A stretch of DNA of 47,241 nucleotides. It comes from a virus. Lineage: Duplodnaviria > Caudoviricetes. Positions within the stretch are counted from its first letter, which is position 1. Each line of letters begins with the position of its first letter. Location: positions 1-47,241 of the IMG/VR virus record IMGVR_UViG_3300020045_015482, one strand, 5' to 3'. The notes under the pieces were generated by a model. The model searched no databases and was not told the origin of the DNA. It saw only the letters and a list, made by a program, of their open reading frames with translations. Positions 26,028 through 36,011 of the stretch are shown here, piece after piece. The translations under genes were made by a program, and so were the position numbers.

Positions 26028-27146
26028 TTACTTTCGTTGTCCTGGCCAATATTTAAACGATCTGGTTTGGTTGCGTCTGGTTTCTTGAGCTTTATCCATT
26101 CCTACAGCGTCAAGATAAATGGAGTTCCACTTTTGAGTATTCACGTTGTCGGGGTCAACAATAAGCGCTGTCTTATAAAGCATAGCGTCGTCAAAACGGG
26201 CTGGCCATTTAGATATTTCAGAAATGGTATAGGTTATACCGGTTCCCGAAGTATACGCCCACGCCGCTTCAAGTGTTAACGCAGTAGCATTAACCACTGT
26301 TGATATTTTTTGCCATTTAGAAGCTGAACCCGTTCCATCAGCGTCGTTGCGAATATAATAAGTGTTGGTGCCGGTGGTAATGTTAACTAGCCATGATGCG
26401 GCGGCAGAGGCGATAACCGCTGTACCCGTAGTAAATGTTACAGTTCCCGTTGTATATTCATTAAGTGTTGCCAATTGTGGGATATAGGAATACCCGACTA
26501 TTTCAGCGCTGTCCGCCGCTAACGTAATATAGAGGTAAGGGGTTTCTTTAATCCAACGGATTTGGTAACCCCACGGAGTTCCAACACCTGAAGAATCTTG
26601 CACTTCAAATTCTTCTTCTGTTAATGGAGTTAAAAAAACTTTGTTCCCATTCATGTAGCGGTAAACAACATGAGGGTCATCGGGATCGTCCGCTATCATG
26701 TGGCTGAAATCTGAAGGCAAGGCGTAGCGGTCAGTAAACAGTGTATAAGATTTACCGGTTCCGCTGGAAGCTATCCAGGTTAAACTGTCTTGGTAGGAAA
26801 GGTCTGTTCCAGCCACAAATGTAACGCGATATATTACGTCTGACCCGTTAATTTCAATAAGCTGATTATTAGAGTTAGCTGAAGTCCAACTAGTTGAATC
26901 GCCGATAATGTTAGAAGTTCCGCTGCCCACTGTTACCGTGCCAACCGTATAGTCAGCAACTAAAGTGAGGTATGCCTCCTTCTTTATGTATAGTTCGGGA
27001 AGAATACCGGAAAGTTCGTTACTGTAAATTTGGTTTACAATACCCTGATACTTGGCTTCTTCACCTGGGGCTCCTTCACGAATAAGTTCGTTCTGACAGC
27101 ATTCCACAATTTCTTGGAAGGGGCGTCTTCCGCTAACTGGACACAT
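26028..27146 (-). CDS. Head-to-tail adaptor protein with beta-rich insertions
   Basis: YALPSDF, PARFDDAMLY; two YT.GTVT repeats; precedes the nozzle gene. Confidence 0.6.
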   Translation of the reverse strand: MCPVSGRRPFQEIVECCQNELIREGAPGEEAKYQGIVNQIYSNELSGILPELYIKKEAYLTLVADYTVGTVTVGSGTSNIIGDSTSWTSANSNNQLIEINGSDVIYRVTFVAGTDLSYQDSLTWIASSGTGKSYTLFTDRYALPSDFSHMIADDPDDPHVVYRYMNGNKVFLTPLTEEEFEVQDSSGVGTPWGYQIRWIKETPYLYITLAADSAEIVGYSYIPQLATLNEYTTGTVTFTTGTAVIASAAASWLVNITTGTNTYYIRNDADGTGSASKWQKISTVVNATALTLEAAWAYTSGTGITYTISEISKWPARFDDAMLYKTALIVDPDNVNTQKWNSIYLDAVGMDKAQETRRNQTRSFKYWPGQRK

Positions 27147-27567
27147 GACTTATTTCCTCCAACTTGAAAACATTTTTACAATTTGGACAACAAAATTTTC
27201 TGGCTCTTAATTCTACCCAATGATAATCCCAGTGTTCTTTTTGATTAGCAAATAATTTTAAATTTTCTATTCTATTGTCTTGTTTGTTTCCATTTATATG
27301 ATGTACCTGTTCTTTTTTATTTAAAAATCTATTTAGATGTTTTTCCATAACAAGTCTATGTTCTCTTATATATCCATTTTTGGGTATGTTGGGTCGGGGA
27401 TCATAAACCCTTATTAAAACATAACCATCTTTATCAAGCATTTTTCCACCCTTCCAATTATAATTTTTTTCTGCCACATGCCCCTTAGTAAACTGAGTTT
27501 TTTTGCCATGTTTTAATAAGTTGCTTATTCTTTCATTTAAAGACATTTTTCTTTCTATTTCTGGCAT
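27133..27567 (-). CDS. Free-standing HNH homing endonuclease
   Basis: NWKGG..DKDGY, EHRLVMEKHLNR, VHHINGNKQDNRIENL. Confidence 0.92.
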   Translation of the reverse strand: MPEIERKMSLNERISNLLKHGKKTQFTKGHVAEKNYNWKGGKMLDKDGYVLIRVYDPRPNIPKNGYIREHRLVMEKHLNRFLNKKEQVHHINGNKQDNRIENLKLFANQKEHWDYHWVELRARKFCCPNCKNVFKLEEISHVSS

Positions 27568-27568
27568 T

Positions 27569-27781
27569 TTATTTCCTCAGCTCTATTTTTGCATTTAACA
27601 CTTGTTCCAAAAAATATTCACTCATCCCATAATCCATTGAAGAAAGGTTGCATCCATCTTTCTTGGCGCAAAAATCTTTATTGGTTATGGGATGAAGAAC
27701 AATTTTATTAGCCGCGCAACTTATCAATAAGGCTGACAATGCGGCTAGTGTCGCCAGATTTAACAGCTTCTTTAACCTCAT
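27569..27781 (-). CDS. Lipoprotein, o-spanin (Rz1)-like
   Basis: MRLKKLLNLATLAALSALLISC lipobox; overlaps the upstream ORF. Confidence 0.65.
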   Translation of the reverse strand: MRLKKLLNLATLAALSALLISCAANKIVLHPITNKDFCAKKDGCNLSSMDYGMSEYFLEQVLNAKIELRK

Positions 27782-27884
27782 TATGCAGTTCTTCTTTCTT
27801 TTTTTTCTTCTCAATGTCTTTTTCAAACTTGTTTTTGAGAAGCAAAAAGACTATTTGAATAACTCCGCCAATCATGTTCCACAT
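27708..27884 (-). CDS. 58 aa i-spanin (Rz)-like protein (not in ORF track)
   Basis: N-terminal hydrophobic MIGGVIQIVFLLL then charged coil; between holin and lipoprotein. Confidence 0.55.
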   Translation of the reverse strand: MWNMIGGVIQIVFLLLKNKFEKDIEKKKKKEELHNEVKEAVKSGDTSRIVSLIDKLRG

Positions 27885-28063
27885 TAGAGGGTAACCGCGC
27901 CCTTAGTAATGAATCGAAGAACAATGTTAACGACGGCTAAAATGACGGCTTGGGTTTCAATATCCAAAACTTCGTTACCTGTTACTGTTTGGATAACCAT
28001 CGCTACACCGGCGATTGCATTGACCCAAAACGTTTTGCTGTAGTAAAATTTTTTATCTTCCAT
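27884..28063 (-). CDS. 59 aa holin-like protein (not in ORF track)
   Basis: AAGGAG RBS; MEDKKFYYSKTFWVNAIAG...VVNIVLRFIT, two TM segments. Confidence 0.7.
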   Translation of the reverse strand: MEDKKFYYSKTFWVNAIAGVAMVIQTVTGNEVLDIETQAVILAVVNIVLRFITKGAVTL

Positions 28064-28087
28064 TTTTACTCTCCTTGTTATTGTTTA

Positions 28088-28672
28088 TTATGCGGGTTCT
28101 AAAATAAACCACGCTACAACTCTGTCATCTAAAACATTTGTACTGCCGATTGCAAAAGATGTTCCGGCGGTTCGGCTACTAACACCAATAGCTCCATTAC
28201 CAGTTCCAGTAGCTTGAGGGGTAAGCATAATTCGTGAATTAGCGGTTACTTTTGTTGTGGCTACGTTAGCGGTGCCAGCGGCCAGTGTAACTGTACCCAT
28301 TGAAGCGTTGGTTCCTTCTTTAAGATAATAACCACTTGCCGTTGTATTCCCTATAATATTTCCTGTGGCGGATACAGTTCCTACGGTTAAAGTGGTTCCC
28401 CCAATTATTGCTCCGGATATTGACGCTGTTCCGGCAGTAAGCAAGGCGGTAAATGAACCGGTTGTCCCCGTTATTTTTGCCCCAGCTATTGTTCCGGTTC
28501 CAACGGTTAAAGTTCCCCCAAAAATTCCAGCCCCAGTAGCACTAAAAGTTCCGGCTGTAACTGTTCCGCTAAAATACCCATGTCGCCAACGCACAGCTGC
28601 CGTCCCCACATCTGAAGTAGCGTCTGCCCCAGCTTGGAAATAGGTATTATAGATTGAAAAAATTAAAGCCAT
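28088..28672 (-). CDS. Thr/Gly-rich tail fibre-like protein
   Basis: beta-repeat GTLTVG; C-terminal GTVTL.AGTA.V.T.KVTANSRIMLT. Confidence 0.6.
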   Translation of the reverse strand: MALIFSIYNTYFQAGADATSDVGTAAVRWRHGYFSGTVTAGTFSATGAGIFGGTLTVGTGTIAGAKITGTTGSFTALLTAGTASISGAIIGGTTLTVGTVSATGNIIGNTTASGYYLKEGTNASMGTVTLAAGTANVATTKVTANSRIMLTPQATGTGNGAIGVSSRTAGTSFAIGSTNVLDDRVVAWFILEPA

Positions 28673-30012
28673 TATACTCCGTAGACGTTAATAGGAATTG
28701 ATGAAGTTAAAATTCCAGCCGTGCCGCTACTATAATGAGTAAAAAATACTGGATAATAATTTGGGTGGTCTGAATTAAAAACATAAGAAATGTTAACTGT
28801 TGGTGAATCTGTTGTCCATCCAGAATTGGTTACCGATGTAAAAGAAATTCTATCTCCAACATCAATATTGATAACAGCTGTTGATTCCGCAGTCAATGTT
28901 GAACCGGTTCTTGTAAAAATAAATACCACATCAGTATCAATTGAATTTTTACGCATTGTTATTGTTGAAGTTCCGCCTCCCGTTGTGGTGAGTTCAGCTT
29001 CAACCATTATATGAACATTTGAAATTGTTCCAGAATAAGGAAATGTAATAAACGGCTCTGAGCTTCTCCAACTATTTGGCGCTCCCATACCAGAACCGGT
29101 ATAATAAAAAGTGTCATCAACGCTAATAAAATTTGAAGCTGTAAGACTATAAACAAAACTACCTGGTGTATCTGGGGTGAAATCAATACAAGCCACGTGT
29201 CGCTGTAGACCGTCCTGTAAATTAGCATTTCCAGAAAAAGCAGTAGTTATAACAAATTTATCTTTTACAACAACAGATTGATCATCCACTGTATTTTCAT
29301 AAACTAAAGCCGAATCACTATTAGCTAAAATTTCTAATGTTGTCCCATCATAATTATTTTTATTAACCTCAATTCCCCAATGAGCTGTTCCAAATCCGGT
29401 TGTTGTTAAAATGGCGGGAATATTTAAACGTAAAGTTAAATTTTCTAATGTTCCTGATGTTGGGAAATAAGTATGAAGAAGTGGAAAATTCCCTAAGTTT
29501 GTGCTATTTCCTTCTTTTAATGAAATTTCAGAAGCAAAAATTCCATTAAGCTGAAATCCCCCCCTTGAAAACATATTTTGACTTCCAGTACCCTCAATTA
29601 AATATGAAAGATTATAATGTTTTGTAAAATTATAAGTTCCAACATTAACATAGGTAACTTGAGTGTAAAATAAATCATATTTTGAAGCGGAAACATCCAT
29701 ATCTAAATAAGTTATATATGAACCCTCAAGAACTAACCTCATATCAGTTGGCGCATCATTTTTATAAAGTTGAAATATTATTTTTTGTCCAACAGGAATA
29801 GTGGTTGCACAGTCAACCATCATGCGCTTAAAAGTAAAATCATTTGAAAGGCTATTTGTCCTTGAATATACCCCTGAAGTCGATGTTTGATTTGTAAATG
29901 TTTCAGCCATCCCTTCTAATGAAATTCTTGTTGACCTAATGCTAATATCCTCAGCATAAAAATTAACCGGTAATGAATCATCCCTGCTATAAAAATTTAA
30001 TGGTTCAGCCAT
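28672..30012 (-). CDS. Virion structural / receptor-binding protein, putative
   Basis: Repeated P.SGT...L..KN....D beta modules. Confidence 0.55.
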   Translation of the reverse strand: MAEPLNFYSRDDSLPVNFYAEDISIRSTRISLEGMAETFTNQTSTSGVYSRTNSLSNDFTFKRMMVDCATTIPVGQKIIFQLYKNDAPTDMRLVLEGSYITYLDMDVSASKYDLFYTQVTYVNVGTYNFTKHYNLSYLIEGTGSQNMFSRGGFQLNGIFASEISLKEGNSTNLGNFPLLHTYFPTSGTLENLTLRLNIPAILTTTGFGTAHWGIEVNKNNYDGTTLEILANSDSALVYENTVDDQSVVVKDKFVITTAFSGNANLQDGLQRHVACIDFTPDTPGSFVYSLTASNFISVDDTFYYTGSGMGAPNSWRSSEPFITFPYSGTISNVHIMVEAELTTTGGGTSTITMRKNSIDTDVVFIFTRTGSTLTAESTAVINIDVGDRISFTSVTNSGWTTDSPTVNISYVFNSDHPNYYPVFFTHYSSGTAGILTSSIPINVYGV

Positions 30013-30521
30013 TACATTTCCATCCTTAAAACACCGTTAAGGTAAAATTGAAGGTATGCGGAAGCCGTGCTATAAGTGCAATACGTGTCCCCCGCCAACC
30101 CATCATAAACAAACTTGTAATCTGGTGCAATTTGTATCCCATATGTGTCCATAGCCACGATGTAAGAGCCGTTTGAATAGTGGCGAAGCACATCTTCATT
30201 TGTGGTAAACTGGGTGAATATCCCCGTATTCGCATCGTTATCTATAATCCTGTCGCCAAAGGCGCCAGTAGAAACTTCACCAGAAGTAGTAAAGTTTATA
30301 AGACACCAAACACCGTCGATAAAAACATAAAAGCGACGCACCGACCCGTCCGGCGAAGCATACACCAACTGCTCGCCTTCATTCGCTATCGCGCCCGTAT
30401 CCGGAACCGTGTCGTAAACCGCAAACTCATATTTCCCCGTGTTAAGGATTAAATTGATACGGTCTATCCAGTCCCAAAGCTCTACGTCGCGCACCTTAAG
30501 TAATGGGTCTGGCGCTTTCAT
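30012..30521 (-). CDS. Tail-associated structural protein
   Basis: IIDNDANTGI...EDVLR; coupled within the tail module. Confidence 0.55.
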   Translation of the reverse strand: MKAPDPLLKVRDVELWDWIDRINLILNTGKYEFAVYDTVPDTGAIANEGEQLVYASPDGSVRRFYVFIDGVWCLINFTTSGEVSTGAFGDRIIDNDANTGIFTQFTTNEDVLRHYSNGSYIVAMDTYGIQIAPDYKFVYDGLAGDTYCTYSTASAYLQFYLNGVLRMEM

Positions 30522-30826
30522 TAATTACTGTTTTTTTTCTCTATTCTTGTTTTTAACTCCTCTATTTTTATTTCGAGGAGTTTACCGTCGTAATTGCTAA
30601 ACCGTGAACCTTCAATTATACTTAACCGCTTTTCATAGCCAACCTCTAGGTCTTGGTGGTGCATAAGGTGGTTGGTGAAATGAAGGTCGAGATCGTCAAT
30701 CTTTAAAATTATGCGTTGCGCCATTGTTACCAAAAGCCAGCCGATAACGGCAATGAGTATTGGGGTAATGAATCGAAAGGTGATTCCGACACCGTTGATT
30801 CTGTCCCAAAATTCTTGTTGTGACAT
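30521..30826 (-). CDS. Single-TM coiled-coil protein
   Basis: FITPILIAVIGWLLV then coil. Confidence 0.6.
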   Translation of the reverse strand: MSQQEFWDRINGVGITFRFITPILIAVIGWLLVTMAQRIILKIDDLDLHFTNHLMHHQDLEVGYEKRLSIIEGSRFSNYDGKLLEIKIEELKTRIEKKNSN

Positions 30827-31512
30827 TATAGCCTCTTGTAAATTTTAGTTGTATCACCTTTAGGGGTTATATAAGTTTTATATAATGAAAATCCGCTTGG
30901 ATTGTTGGAAAAATCTGCAAGGAATTTATTGTAAACTTCAATTTGAGCATTAGGAATATAAACGGTCGCAAGAATTGTTTCGTTTCCGGTTAACCAACTA
31001 CGCATCAGGCTAACACCTTCTTGACCAGTAACACCCTTCATAAACGCAGTATTAACTTTTGCAAACCCACAAATAAAATCAACCGCAGAGGTTGAAGAAT
31101 ATCCTGTCATATTCTTTGAAGCTGACCAGTCTAGGTATGGTTGCCAGTTATTGCGTGTCTTTGTAGAAAATTTAATGCGATGCCCAACAACAATAAAGGT
31201 TGATTTTAAATGGGTAACCATCTGGGCGTATGTTATTTTTCCCGCATGAAAATCCTTATATAAGTCTTCTTCCGACGCATATACCGTGCTGTTTAAAACC
31301 CAGCCATCGTTATGAAGGTCTGTCCCTTGAACTGCACCCGAACCAAGAACATCAGCCACTACAATTTCATATGTTTTACCTAAGTTTAAACTTACACTTG
31401 TCGGTTGCCAAATTACATCAGCCGTTGACCCACATTCTTGGGCAGAACACACAGAGGTAATGACAAAGATGAAAAGTAAAGCCATTAAGATTTTTTTCAT
31501 TATTTTCTCCAT
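30826..31512 (-). CDS. Secreted protein with signal peptide
   Basis: MKKILMALLFIFVITSVCSA signal peptide. Confidence 0.7.
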   Translation of the reverse strand: MEKIMKKILMALLFIFVITSVCSAQECGSTADVIWQPTSVSLNLGKTYEIVVADVLGSGAVQGTDLHNDGWVLNSTVYASEEDLYKDFHAGKITYAQMVTHLKSTFIVVGHRIKFSTKTRNNWQPYLDWSASKNMTGYSSTSAVDFICGFAKVNTAFMKGVTGQEGVSLMRSWLTGNETILATVYIPNAQIEVYNKFLADFSNNPSGFSLYKTYITPKGDTTKIYKRL

Positions 31513-31513
31513 T

Positions 31514-31717
31514 TTAAATTCCTACTCCTCTGAGATTACGATAAAACGTTATTCCGGTGGTAGCCAGCGTTGCTGATAATATCCCAGGATATTTATATGC
31601 GGTATGTTGCCTATCCGCTTGATTTAAGGTTCCATCAGGATTTGGATAGACATGAAGCCAGTTTAAGTCAAACCCTATTGCTGAGGCACGTTTATTGCGT
31701 GTGTCTAAATTAGCCAC
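31514..31717 (-). CDS. Small structural protein
   Basis: DTRNKRASA...PDGT...DRQH..Y.GI. Confidence 0.6.
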   Translation of the reverse strand: MANLDTRNKRASAIGFDLNWLHVYPNPDGTLNQADRQHTAYKYPGILSATLATTGITFYRNLRGVGI

Positions 31718-32733
31718 TAATTAAAACTCCCGCGCGTAAAGGTTGTTGCGTCGTCGGAAACTGTACTCTCCGCCAAAGTGGTAACCCCATCACTTTGCAT
31801 TACAACTTGTAAAACAGAAGTTTGGGTTATAGTGTTTCTTGATAGCGCCATTTGCCAAGAAATAATGGAGAGCATTGAAGCTGTCCACGCAGGGGGTGCT
31901 GTCATTGCAACTCCGGCTTTACCCCAAATTTCAGTTACGGCATCGGCAGCTAAAGCATCTGCATCAATAGCATCTGTGGCTATACCTCCTGCTGAAATCG
32001 CCCCTGCTGCAATTCCACCAGCACTAATGGCGGCAGCTGCGATACCACCAGCGGATAAGAAACCAACCGCAAATGCTCCGGCGGATAACGCTCCCGCCGC
32101 AACCCCACCAGCAGATAAAAATCCTGCAACAAAAGCATCTGTGGTGAAAGCACCAGTAGCAATGGCCACTGAATCAATAGCACCAGAAGCAAATTTTGTT
32201 GAATCAATAGCGCCCGTAGCAATACCTCCAACGCTGATAGCAGAGGCAGCAATTCCACCGGCTGACAAAAATCCAGCGGCAAAAGCCCCTGCTGACAATA
32301 ATCCGGCGCCAACAGCCGCGGCGGATATTGTTCCGACTGTAACTAATTGACCACCGGTCAAAGTTACCGTACCGGCAGAAGCTATAACAGTTTGGTTAGC
32401 AATTGAAAAATCAAAAACATGGGCAGCGTCAGCATTACCATAGGTTTCAATAAGGATCATTGAGTCTTCAAAGGTTTTACTTCCAGCGGTGTGACTATTC
32501 ACCAAAACAATATATTTTCCGGTTAAGTCAGCAGTGGTGCAGGTATAACTATACCCATAGCTTCCTTCATTGGCAACGGCGGTTCCAACGGTTGCAAAAG
32601 CTCCACCATTAATTGAAATTTTAGTATCAGCCGTGGTTAGCGATGCGGTAGATGTAAAGTTTACGGTACCAGCCCCAATAAGGGGAAAATAAACTGTGGT
32701 TGCTGTTGCGTATTTTCGTAATATTGCGCTCAT
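31717..32733 (-). CDS. Ala/Gly pentapeptide-repeat virion protein
   Basis: Repeats AGFLSAGG / AISAGG / GAIDS. Confidence 0.65.
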   Translation of the reverse strand: MSAILRKYATATTVYFPLIGAGTVNFTSTASLTTADTKISINGGAFATVGTAVANEGSYGYSYTCTTADLTGKYIVLVNSHTAGSKTFEDSMILIETYGNADAAHVFDFSIANQTVIASAGTVTLTGGQLVTVGTISAAAVGAGLLSAGAFAAGFLSAGGIAASAISVGGIATGAIDSTKFASGAIDSVAIATGAFTTDAFVAGFLSAGGVAAGALSAGAFAVGFLSAGGIAAAAISAGGIAAGAISAGGIATDAIDADALAADAVTEIWGKAGVAMTAPPAWTASMLSIISWQMALSRNTITQTSVLQVVMQSDGVTTLAESTVSDDATTFTRGSFN

Positions 32734-33584
32734 TGACCTCTCCCCACGCCTCTTAAAACGCCTCTAAAGATTTTTCGTTCGATTTGATTGATATTTATTC
32801 CACCAGCGGGGGGCGGTTCCCCAAACAAATAAGATTTTCTTCGCCAATTAATAAATTGATATGGTGATAAGTTTAATGACATTGCCTCTGTTTCGTTTAA
32901 ACAGCGTTGCCAAATGTATATCCAGTAAATATCGCCGTTCCACTGATTTACCCCTGCAGCTGAAGCTGACGATATTAAAAAACTGGCATCTGCACCAGTA
33001 TCATAATTTACCGTCCCAGTAACCGAAGCGTTTGTAGAACGTAATATCCCATTCATATAAAATTTTAATGTACCCGCAACATAAGTTCCTAAAAATATTC
33101 TTGGTATTGTTAAATCTCCGGTATCAAAAGCCGTTGTAGTATGAAGTGCAGTTGTTGTTCCTATACTAGCAAGAGCATGATTTTGTCCAGCCCCCGCCGG
33201 ATTAACTTCAAAATCATAGGTAACATAAGGAGCGCTACCGCCGTCAGCAAAGGTTTTACCAAATGGTCTAGCATAAGAATCAACTGTACCGCCACGTCTT
33301 AACCCACAAGCCCAAGAAAGAACTTGAGGTTGTTTTAAATATGTATCTGGATAACTAAGATGCATGGAATCGTTCCACGCTAAACTTTTCCCTCTTGGCC
33401 CAGTTCTCCAGCTATTATAATTAGTGAAGGTTCCCCTTGTTCTTCGCATTAATTCAACAGGTGCGCCGGCCCCCTCATTAAATAACCAAACCGCAATTAA
33501 ATCTTTAGCCATTGGATGTCGCCAATTAATAGTGCTTCCTATCGGCGGTTTTATAACTTCTTTATAATTCGTTCTTTGTTTCAT
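32730..33584 (-). CDS. Concanavalin A / LamG-domain virion protein
   Basis: WLFNEGAG, LKFYMNG, IYIWQRCLNETE. Confidence 0.75.
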   Translation of the reverse strand: MKQRTNYKEVIKPPIGSTINWRHPMAKDLIAVWLFNEGAGAPVELMRRTRGTFTNYNSWRTGPRGKSLAWNDSMHLSYPDTYLKQPQVLSWACGLRRGGTVDSYARPFGKTFADGGSAPYVTYDFEVNPAGAGQNHALASIGTTTALHTTTAFDTGDLTIPRIFLGTYVAGTLKFYMNGILRSTNASVTGTVNYDTGADASFLISSASAAGVNQWNGDIYWIYIWQRCLNETEAMSLNLSPYQFINWRRKSYLFGEPPPAGGININQIERKIFRGVLRGVGRGQ

Positions 33585-34063
33585 TATGATGTTGTAAAAG
33601 TTATTCCAACATAAGCAACTGCATGGTCACCACCGGTTGCACTTAAAATCATAGCTGTACTATTTTGAAAAACCATACCCCATTTGGGCGGCAATATTCC
33701 ACCAAAAAAACTAGCAACGGACGGAATCATCATATTAACGGTAGCTAAAGAAGCGGCAGAAGATTGAAATGTCATGGCTGCTGGCCCAAAAAAGTTATTT
33801 GGTTGGGTAACGGCAATGGTGGCATCTGTACCGGTAACAGGTGATGTATAATCTGTCCCACTTCCCGCTGAATAAAAATAAATGTAGAGTGATTTATCTC
33901 CAGCCGGTGCTGTACCAGTCATTACTGTTGCTGTAACCGTTACATAAGCATCGTCATAACGAGTAGCTGTGTTGGTAACAACCGTGCATTCTCTGGCAGA
34001 ACCAGCGCTTGCTAAAGACGCTAAGGTTACTGTTATTGTACTTGCCGCTGAATAAGTAAGCAT
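33584..34063 (-). CDS. Ser/Thr-rich structural protein
   Basis: TLASLASAGSAREC...PPKWGMV. Confidence 0.6.
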   Translation of the reverse strand: MLTYSAASTITVTLASLASAGSARECTVVTNTATRYDDAYVTVTATVMTGTAPAGDKSLYIYFYSAGSGTDYTSPVTGTDATIAVTQPNNFFGPAAMTFQSSAASLATVNMMIPSVASFFGGILPPKWGMVFQNSTAMILSATGGDHAVAYVGITFTTS

Positions 34064-34419
34064 TATATTCCTCCATTAGTCCATGTCATTCCGTCAAAAA
34101 ATGTGCCATAAAACTGCCAAGCAGCTTCATTGGTCACTTCATTTTGGAAACGGGTAAAAGCTGCCTCAATTATGTTTTTTATAGTTGCTACACTTGTCCC
34201 AACTGGAACATTTGTTGTTTCAACTTTTTCAGTAACCGCACCAGAACGTAAAAGCGTTAATTCTCCAGCATCAGCCCCATCATAAGCGCTTACCCAATCA
34301 ATCGGCTTAACATATTTAGATTGACGAGCGACAGGAACATCAGCCCACATGGCATAGGTTATTCCGATTTCTTGAGGCCATGGATTATTTTTTGTCAATA
34401 TTATTATCTTTTTTGCCAT
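34063..34419 (-). CDS. Hypothetical structural protein
   Basis: GGAG RBS, coupled. Confidence 0.65.
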   Translation of the reverse strand: MAKKIIILTKNNPWPQEIGITYAMWADVPVARQSKYVKPIDWVSAYDGADAGELTLLRSGAVTEKVETTNVPVGTSVATIKNIIEAAFTRFQNEVTNEAAWQFYGTFFDGMTWTNGGI

Positions 34420-34421
34420 TA

Positions 34422-34769
34422 TTAAATCTCCAAATAGGTTAGCGTTACCCCAACGGTTCCACCCGCCCCCGTTGTTGCGGTTAACCCTTCACCACGGGTT
34501 GTTTGAAAATACCCACAAGGAAGTTCTCCAGCCCTATCTTGTGAAGGGGCGGGAAATATTAATCCGCCATAAGAACCACAAGAAATCTCTGAAGTGATAG
34601 CCACTCCAGAACCGGTTGGTTTAGAATTAAAAGTTATTTTTGTTGCAGTTGCTCCACAAACTACAAAACCACCAATAACCCTAAAAGCAAATCCAGGTTT
34701 TGCCGTAATAATAGCCGAATCTGTGGTTGCCGGTGAAACATTAGATAGGGCATACTTAGCTTGGTACAT
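34422..34769 (-). CDS. Hypothetical structural protein
   Basis: GGAGG RBS before MYQAK; beta-rich. Confidence 0.6.
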   Translation of the reverse strand: MYQAKYALSNVSPATTDSAIITAKPGFAFRVIGGFVVCGATATKITFNSKPTGSGVAITSEISCGSYGGLIFPAPSQDRAGELPCGYFQTTRGEGLTATTGAGGTVGVTLTYLEI

Positions 34770-35148
34770 TTCGTTTATCCTCCACAATTCCTTCGAGTTC
34801 GGCTATTCGTTTAAGCAAATGAACGGTCATTCCTTTTTTATCTCCAACAAGTTCTAATTTCTTATTTAACTGTTTTCCGAGAACATCAAAATCGGATTCC
34901 ATTTCATCCCGTATAATTTTTTCCTTTTCATCAAAACGCAACATCATTTTACGGTGGTTTAATTCAGCATTCTCCTGATAGGCAATAATATCCCGTTGAA
35001 TAATTTTAACAACCCGCGAAAGATTTGTTAATTCATCTTTTAAGGCGCTGACTTCTTCAGAAAAATTTATTGATTCATCTTCAATTCTTAGACGTTCATT
35101 AACAATTTTTGAAAGCTTTTCATCAATTATTTTATCTAACCATTTCAT
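34756..35148 (-). CDS. Coiled-coil protein
   Basis: Charged heptad pattern. Confidence 0.6.
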   Translation of the reverse strand: MKWLDKIIDEKLSKIVNERLRIEDESINFSEEVSALKDELTNLSRVVKIIQRDIIAYQENAELNHRKMMLRFDEKEKIIRDEMESDFDVLGKQLNKKLELVGDKKGMTVHLLKRIAELEGIVEDKRNVPS

Positions 35149-35456
35149 CAGACTTCCTTTATTTTAAAAATAATAGAAAAAAGTTCATTTTTGGTTGACT
35201 CATAAAAATTAACTTCTAAGGGTTGTTGGGTGTCACGTCCAACCGGAATACCTTCCCTATCATCTAAACGCCCGTCATGATCGTGAATATCGTAAATTTT
35301 ATCGCCGTCTTTATCAGTTAAACTCATACTCCACACTGTATCTAATGTGGCAGGAATGACCATCATGTGTTGGATAAGACCGCGCATGGGTTCTGTAACT
35401 AACCTAGCTTTACCGCCGTGAAGCCTAATGTTATAAACTTTTTTATCCCAAAGCAT
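35148..35456 (-). CDS. Hypothetical protein
   Basis: Coupled ORF in late operon. Confidence 0.65.
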   Translation of the reverse strand: MLWDKKVYNIRLHGGKARLVTEPMRGLIQHMMVIPATLDTVWSMSLTDKDGDKIYDIHDHDGRLDDREGIPVGRDTQQPLEVNFYESTKNELFSIIFKIKEV

Positions 35457-35457
35457 A

Positions 35458-35781
35458 TTAATTAGGGGAAGCAGTTATAACTAAAATTGTTGCGACATTA
35501 ACAGAAAGTGTCTTTTTAAGCCCGCGAAAAGATTGATTGCCAAATGTATAAAATTGATTTAATTGAAAAGCATTAGCAGTAGCCGTGGCTGTTGAAACAC
35601 AATCAATTATTCTTTCATCACTTGAACTATGTTCATTAGTTACGCCAGTAACAATCCGACAACTTCCCGCACCAGCGGTTGTAAATTGAACATAAATACC
35701 GTGGATGTAAACTGGGCCTGTTGAAACAACGCCAACAACAGTATCAAGATTCCATGTTTTTCCGGTTATTGAATCAGCCAT
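35458..35781 (-). CDS. Thr-rich structural protein
   Basis: AGGAG RBS; beta-rich. Confidence 0.6.
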   Translation of the reverse strand: MADSITGKTWNLDTVVGVVSTGPVYIHGIYVQFTTAGAGSCRIVTGVTNEHSSSDERIIDCVSTATATANAFQLNQFYTFGNQSFRGLKKTLSVNVATILVITASPN

Positions 35782-36011
35782 TATTTTCTCCTTTTAATTA
35801 TCTTCTTAAAAATGCTTTTAGGTGTTTCTTTCTCTATCTCTGCCTCTTTTTTAGGCACAATCGGAGAATCTATAATATCGGGAATAACCGTTTCAATCGG
35901 CCCCTCAACAATCTCAGTTGAAATCCTTGATTCCATTGCCCTTTTTTCTTTCCTTAATCTTGCTTCTCTTAGCACGTCATCTTCTAGGTGTTCTGGTAAT
36001 CTTTTGCTCAT
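35781..36011 (-). CDS. Hypothetical protein
   Basis: Coupled ORF. Confidence 0.6.
   Translation of the reverse strand: MSKRLPEHLEDDVLREARLRKEKRAMESRISTEIVEGPIETVIPDIIDSPIVPKKEAEIEKETPKSIFKKIIKRRK

Noticed and set aside
31778-32350. Long antisense ORFs opposite Gly/Ala-rich genes (also 21646-22194, 28365-28643, 12471-13022)
   Set aside because: Expected stop-poor shadows of GC-richer codons; no RBS, promoter or motifs noted, unlike the intein antisense ORF.
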